Source: Deltaproteobacteria bacterium (lineage in GTDB: Bacteria > Myxococcota_A > UBA9160 > SMWR01). Taken from it: a stretch of 16,175 nucleotides of DNA. Location of the stretch: contig JAQBGU010000163.1 of assembly GCA_032128375.1 (NCBI GenBank), forward strand, positions 1 to 16,175, in the 5' to 3' direction. This document shows, piece by piece, positions 1 to 6,902 of this stretch. Below the pieces are notes generated by a model, which was not told the origin of the DNA, did not search any database, and worked only from the letters and a program-made list of their open reading frames with translations. Every line of letters starts with the position of its first letter. The stretch's first letter is position 1. The translations under genes and the position numbers were made by a program.

Positions 1-54
1 CTGCTACTGGACGCCGCTACCTACACGCAGAGCGTCAAAGAACGAAGCGACTGA
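1..54 (+). CDS. 3' end of an upstream CDS (partial), possibly glycine cleavage system H protein
   Basis: Frame 1 reads LLLDAATYTQSVKERSD-TGA(52-54), ending 9 nt before the next start. It resembles the typical GcvH C-terminus (LLDAxxY). Only 17 residues are visible. Confidence 0.45.
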   Translation: MLLDAATYTQSVKERSD

Positions 55-63
55 ATTTCATCC

Positions 64-1692
64 GTGCATTCCGATTCGTTCCAGCGGTGGTCAGTCGCAC
101 TCCTCTCACTGGTCGCGGTCAGCAGTTGCGTACAAGATGACGGTCAGCGCTTGTCCCTCAGGGACCTGGTCATCCCCAGCTACTCTGACGACGATCTCAG
201 CCAGCTCGGAATGGATGCGGACCGCGAAATCCGGGAGCAGGTCGAGATCATCGACGACCCGGTCGTGTCGGGCTTTTTGAACGAACTTGGACAGCAGCTG
301 GTCAGCGAGATCGAGCCTCAGCCATTCGTGTATCGCTTTCGCGTCATCAAGGCGCCCTCACTCAATGCGTTCGCGATCCCGGGCGGCTACATCTACATCC
401 ACAGCGAAACACTCCTTAGCGTCACCAGTATCGACGAATTGGCCGGCGTTCTCGGCCACGAAATCGCGCACGTCCAGGCGCGTCACTTCTCGCGTCGCGA
501 AGCCGCGACCAGAATTCCAGGCCTCGCCGCCCAGATACTCGGTATGGCGATCGCGGTAGCGGCAGAAGACCCCGCGCCTGCGATCGCTGGCCTGGGCGCG
601 GACGTCGCAATGAAGATCAAGTTCACCCGCGAATATGAGGCAGAAGCCGACCGGCTCGGTGCGATCTGGATTACACGCGCCGGCTACGAGCCGGCCGCAA
701 TGACCGACTTTCTGCAAAAAATCCTGAGTTCGAGCCAGCAATTTCCAGATTCACTCCCCCCATACCTCGCCACGCACCCATTTCCCGAAGATCGAATTGC
801 CGCGATCAGCGAGGATGCCAAGACGCTGAGCCCGCGGCATTCGCCGAAGCCGCCTCTTCAGCTTGCAATGGTCCGTGCCCAGGATCGGCTCGCGCTGCTG
901 CTCGGGACACGCCGAGCCCATGTGAACGAGCCCATTGCCGAACCCGACCCCGTGACGACGGCGCTACTCGCCGAGGCTAACGAGTTCGCACGCGCCGGAC
1001 AGATCGATCGGGCCCTGCTGATGCTGGGTCGGATCGACTCGAGCGAGAGCAGAGACCCGCGCGTGCCATTTCGCATCGGCGAACTGTTATTCGAAAGCGG
1101 TCGTTACCGCGACGCCATCGAGAGTTTTTTGCGCACGCTGGACATCGACCCTTCGCGGGCCCAGGTCTTCTACCAGCTCGGACTCGCGTTCAAGGCAATC
1201 GGTGAGCGACACCGAGCCGTCTATGCGATGGAGCAGGCCATCTTGCGCGCATCCGACACGAGCGACTTCACGCGACGCGTCGAATGGGAAATTTTCAAAC
1301 TGACGTTTGATTCGATTGCTGACTCCGGTTTCGCTGACGGCTCAGACGCGGAAGACGGCGACACGCCGTTCGGGATTTCGCAGACGGAATTCACGACCGA
1401 AACCCAGCGCATCGCCTGGTGGGCGAAGCTCGGCTCTCGGTTCACGTCCTATTCGCACCTCTTCGTCGTGCGCTGGCTCGACCCAGCCGGCAATATCGCG
1501 CAGGAAGAAGCCGCGCACGAGCATGGCAATGCGGTGATCGGCTCGGTGCTCGATTTCGAACCCCGCGCGGGCGGGGTCGGCGGCGAGTTCGGGGTTGGGC
1601 AATGGAACGTGGAACTTCTTCTCGAAAACGAAGTCATCCAGCGTCGATCGGTCGAGGTCCGCCGAGCCTCGACCCGTACCAGGGAACAGTAG
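64..1692 (+). CDS. M48 family zinc metalloprotease (BepA/YfgC-like) lipoprotein with TPR repeats and a C-terminal beta-rich domain
   Basis: GTG start. Lipobox-like VAVSS-C. M48 motifs NAFAIPGGYIYI, ELAGVLGHEIAHV (HExxH), TREYEAEADRLG and YLATHP. TPR-like helices (FRIGELLFESGRYRDAIESF, YQLGLAFKAIG). Confidence 0.92.
   Translation: MHSDSFQRWSVALLSLVAVSSCVQDDGQRLSLRDLVIPSYSDDDLSQLGMDADREIREQVEIIDDPVVSGFLNELGQQLVSEIEPQPFVYRFRVIKAPSLNAFAIPGGYIYIHSETLLSVTSIDELAGVLGHEIAHVQARHFSRREAATRIPGLAAQILGMAIAVAAEDPAPAIAGLGADVAMKIKFTREYEAEADRLGAIWITRAGYEPAAMTDFLQKILSSSQQFPDSLPPYLATHPFPEDRIAAISEDAKTLSPRHSPKPPLQLAMVRAQDRLALLLGTRRAHVNEPIAEPDPVTTALLAEANEFARAGQIDRALLMLGRIDSSESRDPRVPFRIGELLFESGRYRDAIESFLRTLDIDPSRAQVFYQLGLAFKAIGERHRAVYAMEQAILRASDTSDFTRRVEWEIFKLTFDSIADSGFADGSDAEDGDTPFGISQTEFTTETQRIAWWAKLGSRFTSYSHLFVVRWLDPAGNIAQEEAAHEHGNAVIGSVLDFEPRAGGVGGEFGVGQWNVELLLENEVIQRRSVEVRRASTRTREQ
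1650..1672 (+). repeat. 23-bp direct repeat, copy 1 (GGTCGAGGTCCGCCGAGCCTCGA), internally palindromic
   Basis: Exact match to 2913-2935. In this copy GGTCGAGG/CCTCGACC (1650-1674) form 8-bp inverted arms around a 9-bp spacer. Confidence 0.9.
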
Positions 1693-1972
1693 TGATTACC
1701 CGAAGTTATAATAGTGAGCTCTATCGAATCGCGCTGGCGGCTGCCCCACCACAGCGCCGCGGGTTGCGCCGAGTCGGCGCGCTGCTCCCGCGCTTCGCGC
1801 GAGACCACACACGCACGATCTGACGGGCACGAGGCCCAACGCTCGGCCGCCTGCGTTTGCGTCAGTTGACTGCTGGACCCACCGCAATGCAACCCAAACA
1901 GAAAATCGCCCGGAACCAGCTCGTGCCGGCATCGTTGGATTCGCTGGCGCTTTCGACCACCCGACTCTTTTC

Positions 1973-2001
1973 TTGACACGCCGTTACGTCCAACTGACCA
2001 T
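1973..2001 (+). promoter_or_regulatory. Possible sigma70-type promoter for the 2048 gene
   Basis: Perfect TTGACA (1973-1978), a 17-bp spacer, then a weak -10 GACCAT (1996-2001). Confidence 0.3.
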
Positions 2002-2047
2002 GCAGGAGATGGCGCGATCCAACAGATCGAAATCGACGGAGGATCCA

Positions 2048-2830
2048 ATGCGACGACTCTGGAACCAACGCAGCGTTCACGTCCTGTTCACCAGCATGGC
2101 TCTCTTGATGCTGGCCCCGGCGCCAGCACACACCGCACTGATCTTCATCAACAACGGGCTCGCACCACCGAACCCCGCGAATGTGTTCACCAGCGTGTCG
2201 GGCACTTTCGACATAGTGGCCATCCGAAACTTCGGTTGCCCGCCGGGCTTCCCCGGTTCCGGAAACTTCCCGGACCCCTGTCCGAGCCCGGGAGCTCCGA
2301 CCACGGTAGAGCTGCCGCCGGGCGGATTCGCGGCATTCCCGCGGGTATTCGACAGCTCGCACCTGGTTGTCAGCGGGGGTGACCTCGTCAACGCTGCAGC
2401 GACCGACAATTCGAGCCTGACGGTCAGCAGCGGAAATCTCGGTCTATTCGGCGTCCAATGCTGCACCGCGATCGGAAACTCCACGGTGCAAATCCACGGA
2501 GGGAACCTCCTGACGGGTCCGCTGGACATCCAGACCACGGGGGCTTTTGAAATTGTTGGGACGAACTTTCAGATCGACAGCGTCAATGCACCCTACGGTC
2601 CAGTCGCGCAGAGCTCCGGCGTCTTGACGGGCACTCTGTCGAATGGTGATCCGATCAACATCACGTTCGCAAACCCCCTTGCAAGCCTCGTATTGACCGC
2701 GCCCGTATCGGTCCCCGCGCTTCACGGAGTACCGCTCGTGACACTGGCGATTGGACTGGCTCTGGCAGGCCTGCGCGCATTGCAACCTCCCCGCCGGGGC
2801 CCGCGTATCCCGTCGACGTTCATCGCGTAG
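2048..2830 (+). CDS. Secreted protein with C-terminal VPAL/IPTL-CTERM-like sorting signal
   Basis: ATG at 2048 follows SD GGAGGA (2038-2043); the ORF track starts at TTG 1973. Signal peptide (VLFTSMALLMLAPAPAHT-A), Gly-rich beta-type repeats (LVVSGG, LTVSSG, VQIHGG), and a C-terminal VSVPAL + hydrophobic helix + basic RR tail. Confidence 0.8.
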   Translation: MRRLWNQRSVHVLFTSMALLMLAPAPAHTALIFINNGLAPPNPANVFTSVSGTFDIVAIRNFGCPPGFPGSGNFPDPCPSPGAPTTVELPPGGFAAFPRVFDSSHLVVSGGDLVNAAATDNSSLTVSSGNLGLFGVQCCTAIGNSTVQIHGGNLLTGPLDIQTTGAFEIVGTNFQIDSVNAPYGPVAQSSGVLTGTLSNGDPINITFANPLASLVLTAPVSVPALHGVPLVTLAIGLALAGLRALQPPRRGPRIPSTFIA

Positions 2831-2912
2831 CCGTCGTAGCTTTGGGTTGGTCTTAGCGCTTACGGCTGACACACAAGTGCAATTGCCCGCTGCAACCCGG
2901 ACGATTACGCCT

Positions 2913-2935
2913 GGTCGAGGTCCGCCGAGCCTCGA
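2913..2935 (+). repeat. 23-bp direct repeat, copy 2
   Basis: Identical to 1650-1672 and 1263 bp downstream. Intergenic, 14 nt from the MerR-TPR stop codon. Confidence 0.9.
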
Positions 2936-2949
2936 TTGACGCTGACCCG

Positions 2950-3831
2950 CTAGCTCTTCAAGCGCTGACGCGCTGTCTCGACCCAGGTTCCGTTCGGCTC
3001 GAGCTGCAGGTAGCGTTGCCAAAAGGCTCGCGCCTTGCGGCGCAGTCCGATCTTCTCGTACAGCAACGCGAGACTGACCTGGGTATCGGCCGCGAGCGGG
3101 TCGGCATCGAGAGCGACTTTGTAATGACGTAGCGCCATCTGGTAGCGGCCCTCTTCTTCGAACAGCGTTGCCAGATTCAGGTTGGCTTCGACGTGTTGGG
3201 GATTGTAGGCGACCGCCCGTTCGAAGCAGGTCCGTGCGATCGCCAGCCGATCCTGGTTGTAATAGACAGACCCCAGGTTGCAGTGAGCGTCGGCAAAGGT
3301 CGGATCGCACTCGAGCGCCGTCTGGTAGGCCTCTATCGCATCCGCATAAGTCGCACGATTGGAATCGAGCTTGCAGCCCTGTTCGAACCAGTCGATCGCT
3401 GACTGTTGGGATTCGGCGGCTTCGGCTTCGGAGCGCAACGTGACGGGCGCACTCGAGGGATCGCGCGAAAAGTCCAGTACGAATTGCCCGTTCGGTTCGA
3501 CAAGCCCTCCGCCGTAACATACGACCACGCGCGGTGAACCGTCTGTCCACGGACGCAGCGAACCGAGCGGCCGCTGCAAGTCCGGAACGTTCGCTCGCAG
3601 CGCTGCGATGGATTTCCGAATCCGCCGCAGCGACACGCCGCGATCGATCAGCGACAACACCGACCGTACAGCGACCAGATCGCCAAACTCGAACTCCGAT
3701 CGATCGAGTACAGCGGGCGCTGCGCGCAGCTCACCATCCGATGCCAGCAGCGACGTTCGCTCCCAGTACCGTAGGCGCGCGCGCGATACACCAGTGATCC
3801 GCGAAACATCGCGGAGCGTGTAGTTCCCCAC
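2950..3831 (-). CDS. MerR-type HTH domain plus tetratricopeptide repeat protein
   Basis: N-terminal YTLRDVSRITGVSRARLRYWERTSLL is a classic MerR HTH, followed by FEFGDL...LIDRGVSLRRIR. C-terminal TPRs (DAIEAYQTALECDPTFADAHCNLGSVY, EANLNLATLF). GTG 3831 is preferred as start; GTG 3876 is the alternative. Confidence 0.85.
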   Translation of the reverse strand: MGNYTLRDVSRITGVSRARLRYWERTSLLASDGELRAAPAVLDRSEFEFGDLVAVRSVLSLIDRGVSLRRIRKSIAALRANVPDLQRPLGSLRPWTDGSPRVVVCYGGGLVEPNGQFVLDFSRDPSSAPVTLRSEAEAAESQQSAIDWFEQGCKLDSNRATYADAIEAYQTALECDPTFADAHCNLGSVYYNQDRLAIARTCFERAVAYNPQHVEANLNLATLFEEEGRYQMALRHYKVALDADPLAADTQVSLALLYEKIGLRRKARAFWQRYLQLEPNGTWVETARQRLKS

Positions 3832-3906
3832 CGCGGCATAGATTACCGCGGCTCGATCCGGTTGGAACCGGTACACAGACCTTTTTTGACGCCCCTTCTG
3901 CTTCGA

Positions 3907-6483
3907 TCAGCGTCTAGGGTTGCGGCTCCGCCGCATCAGGGCGCCGATCGCCGTGAGTGAAACCAGGCAGCCGAGCACCCGATCGGGTTCGGGAACAAAC
4001 GTCGGATCTACACCAATCCGCTCGAGCTGCACGATGCGGAGCCCACCCCCCAGCGGGTCGGTCTCGAAGCCCACGAACGCGAACTGGTCGTTCATCTCGA
4101 CATCCAGCGTCAAGCCCTCATTTGGGAAAGCTCCAAGTGATTGCGGTGCATTCGGATCGGTAAGATCCAATACGCCGATACCGCCGTCACCTTCTGCAAT
4201 CACCGCCCGCGATCCCGAGATGCTGATCTGGTAACTGCCTGTCGTGCTGGCCTGGGCGCTCGGAACATTCGCCAACAGCGTGATGTTGGACGGATCCGAG
4301 ATATCCAACACGTCGACGCCGTCCAGCAGGCGGACGAGATACGCGAGATTTTCACCGGGCTTTCGTACCAACTCCACATCCTGCGAGGATCCGTCTCCTT
4401 CGTTTCCGGACTCGTATGAACCCACAACTCCGAGACCACCCGGCGTGTAGTCTTCAACGATCGCCAATCCCGCCCCCGTGGCGACGATGGCTCGGGCGCC
4501 GAGGAGTTCGAGGTCGACGGAACCGAAGAGCGTCCCACTCGCTGCGTAGCTATCGATCTGCGTCTGCGTAACGAGATCCAGCAACGCCACCCCACTATCG
4601 AACACGGCCGTGTACGCTGCGTCGCCGCTAGGTTGCGCGCAATAGGCAAGACCGTCGGTATCGATGGTCACCGGTACCGTATTGTCATCGATCACGAAAT
4701 TGGTGTCGAAGACGAGCACGCCGCATTCGCCTGCGGATAGATAAAGGGTCGACCCCGAGAGAACCACATCTTCGGCTTCAAAAGGCACAGGGATCCCATC
4801 GTTGAGACAAGTGGGCGGATCGTAGAAAGCCGTTTCGACCGGTGTCTCGGGGTCGCTGAAGTCCACGATTCGCAGGCCCGCGCCGAGAGCCGCGACATAG
4901 ACGAGGTCCCCGCGCACGACGACGTCCCGGGCTGCTGCAGTGAAGTACAGCGAGTTGTCGATCACATCGCACGAATCCGGCGCCGGAACGCTGAGTCGGC
5001 CGCCGGCGCAAAGTCCGCCGCCGTCACAGAACGCATCCATGAGACACTCGTCGCCGCATTCGACCCCTGCCGATGCAATCTGATCGGCAGGACAAGTCTC
5101 CCCGGCTACGCCGCTGCAGGTCTCATCCGGGTCGCACACGTCGCCGGAGCCCGCGTTACAAACGAAGTCCGACTGCGCGACCACCTCCGCAGGACACGTC
5201 TCCCCGGCTACGCCGCTGCACGCTTCATCCGGGTCGCACATGTCGCCGGAGCCCGCGTTACAAACAAAGTCCGATTGCGCGACCAGGTCCGCAGGACACG
5301 TCTCCCCGGCTACGCCGCTGCAGGTCTCATCCGGGTCGCACACGTCACCGGAGCCCGCGTTACAAACGAAGTCCGACTGCGCGACCACGTCCGCTGGACA
5401 CGTCTCCCCGGCTACGCCGCTGCAGGCCTCATCCGGGTCGCACACGTCACCGGAACCCGCATTACAAACGAAGTCCGATTGCGCGACCACGTCCGCTGGG
5501 CAAGTCTCGCCGGCCACGCCGCTGCAGGTCTCGTCCGGGTCGCACACGTCACCGGAACCCGCATTACAGACGAAACCAGCATCCTGAACAACGTCTTCCG
5601 GGCATGCACTGTCTGAACCAGAACAAACCTCAGCAATGTCACAAGCATCAACCGATCCGCGACACAAAGTCTCGACCACCTTGAATCCGCAGGTCGCCGA
5701 ACAACACGAAGACGCTGTTCCGTTCGCAGTACCCTCATCACATTCCTCAAAGCCCTCGATGACTTCATCGCCGCAGGATTCAACCACTCGAAAGAAGTCG
5801 ACGTTCGCGGTGTGTGACTGGTATTCGGAGCTACCCGCATAGAGGCTGATGTCGTTGACGATCACCGACTCGTCCTCGAAATTCGCAACCTCCGTGAAGT
5901 CATTCGGGCCGCCGTCGTCCGAGTATCCCACCGTGATGGCGTCACCGACACGCGTAACCCTCAGATACATTGGGGCGGTCACGGTAGTGACGTTTACTTT
6001 TGCCTTTTCGACACCCGCCGGAACGGTCGCGACGAAAACCCGCTGAAGGCCATCCAAGTTGTGGTACTCGATTCGAATGGCTTTGTCCGCCGATTCCTGC
6101 AGCAGGATGCCCTGGGTTCTGTAATCTGCGCTCGAGGCGAGGTCCGAATCAAACTTGACGACGAACTCGAAGTCGACGTCGCCAATCGCCTGGCTGATAC
6201 GCGGTAGTGTATTAGGCAAGCCATAAAAATCGTGCAGCCCAAGCGGCGCGGTGATGTCCGCACTAGTTCCACCGGTCAGATCGAGCGCTGAGTCCCCCAG
6301 CGGATCTACAAACGTCCAGATGGGATCCAAAGTGCCAGCATTGAAATCGTCGGATTTCACCTGCGCCTGCGCGGCGCTCGCAACAACCAGGATTGCGGCT
6401 ATTGCAAGCAACAAGCGAAAAAACTTTGCGCGAGTCGTTTGCGATGCGGCTGTACTCGATAGTCGGTAGGTGGGACGTTCCAT
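3907..6483 (-). CDS. Large PEP-CTERM surface protein: ConA/DUF1349-like domain, Myxococcus-type Cys-rich repeat, disintegrin-like repeats, LVIVD repeats
   Basis: ATG 6483 with SD AGGA; the ORF track extends to 6579. Signal peptide (RLLLAIAAILVVASAAQA), SDDF...YLRVTRVGD...VDFFRV lectin-like fold, CGDEVIEGFEECDEG, Cys-rich repeats, LRIVDFSDP/VDVLDISDP/IGVLDLTDP, and C-terminal VPEP-hydrophobic-MRRSRNPRR. Confidence 0.88.
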   Translation of the reverse strand: MERPTYRLSSTAASQTTRAKFFRLLLAIAAILVVASAAQAQVKSDDFNAGTLDPIWTFVDPLGDSALDLTGGTSADITAPLGLHDFYGLPNTLPRISQAIGDVDFEFVVKFDSDLASSADYRTQGILLQESADKAIRIEYHNLDGLQRVFVATVPAGVEKAKVNVTTVTAPMYLRVTRVGDAITVGYSDDGGPNDFTEVANFEDESVIVNDISLYAGSSEYQSHTANVDFFRVVESCGDEVIEGFEECDEGTANGTASSCCSATCGFKVVETLCRGSVDACDIAEVCSGSDSACPEDVVQDAGFVCNAGSGDVCDPDETCSGVAGETCPADVVAQSDFVCNAGSGDVCDPDEACSGVAGETCPADVVAQSDFVCNAGSGDVCDPDETCSGVAGETCPADLVAQSDFVCNAGSGDMCDPDEACSGVAGETCPAEVVAQSDFVCNAGSGDVCDPDETCSGVAGETCPADQIASAGVECGDECLMDAFCDGGGLCAGGRLSVPAPDSCDVIDNSLYFTAAARDVVVRGDLVYVAALGAGLRIVDFSDPETPVETAFYDPPTCLNDGIPVPFEAEDVVLSGSTLYLSAGECGVLVFDTNFVIDDNTVPVTIDTDGLAYCAQPSGDAAYTAVFDSGVALLDLVTQTQIDSYAASGTLFGSVDLELLGARAIVATGAGLAIVEDYTPGGLGVVGSYESGNEGDGSSQDVELVRKPGENLAYLVRLLDGVDVLDISDPSNITLLANVPSAQASTTGSYQISISGSRAVIAEGDGGIGVLDLTDPNAPQSLGAFPNEGLTLDVEMNDQFAFVGFETDPLGGGLRIVQLERIGVDPTFVPEPDRVLGCLVSLTAIGALMRRSRNPRR
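5083..5574 (-). repeat. Intragenic tandem repeat, 102-bp unit (34 aa), about 4.8 copies
   Basis: Unit FVCNAGSGDVCDPDE(T/A)CSGVAGETCPADVVAQSD begins at 5574, 5472, 5370, 5268 and 5166 on the minus strand. Confidence 0.95.
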
Positions 6484-6495
6484 AGGAATTCCTAT
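6482..6495. promoter_or_regulatory. Perfect 14-bp palindrome ATAGGAATTCCTAT covering the SD and start codon of the large PEP-CTERM gene
   Basis: The sequence equals its own reverse complement. It overlaps CAT 6481-6483 and the AGGA SD on the minus strand. Function is unproven. Confidence 0.4.
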
Positions 6496-6867
6496 ACAGA
6501 CAAGATCAATTGACGAGACTCCGAGCTGTGCGCTGGATGGCGAACTCGTGTGCTTGTATGTGGACCCCTGGCAAGCCAAGGGCTCACTCTTTTATCCGTC
6601 TTCGGTGACGCGCGAAGGTTCACACCGCGGCAATCCGAGCGCATCCGCTTTGCATTTGCGAGCGCCATCTTTCTGACGCTATGCGATAAGGCAACTGCCC
6701 TTCACAACACCCCAGCAGGAGGCAAATTCGTGCATCCCCAAGTCATCGAAACCCGCGAATGCGAATCAACAGGACGCGGCAGCCACCGGGTGCTTCCGTG
6801 TTCTTCTCTTGATCTGCCGCCGAAATTCTCATCAACTACAGATTCGCACGCAGCTTTGGTATTCCAG

Positions 6868-6884
6868 CTGGCCTCCACGTTGCT
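6868..6884 (+). promoter_or_regulatory. Putative sigma54 (-24/-12) promoter
   Basis: CTGGCCTCCACGTTGCT has GG-N10-GC spacing and a perfect TTGCT against the consensus YTGGCACG-N4-TTGCW. It lies upstream of the decayed PEP-CTERM gene. Confidence 0.5.
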
Positions 6885-6902
6885 GCGCTGGTGCAATAGG
6901 TT

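Noticed and set aside
1693..1970. Possible gene remnant or ncRNA inside the repeat-flanked segment
   Set aside because: An AT-rich patch (GTTATAATAG) and GC-rich stretches are present, but I could not recognise a protein family, IS end or RNA motif.
2444..3550. 368-aa minus-strand ORF and other long overlapping ORFs (e.g. 7788-8507, 11501-12133, 12839-13552, 5073-5684)
   Set aside because: They are shadow frames of well-supported genes in GC-rich DNA, with low-complexity Arg/Pro-rich or antisense-type composition and no recognisable motifs.
5083..5574. CRISPR array or diversity-generating retroelement TR/VR pair
   Set aside because: These are in-frame 102-bp coding repeats with mostly synonymous differences. 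There are no spacers, no adenine-specific pattern and no reverse transcriptase.
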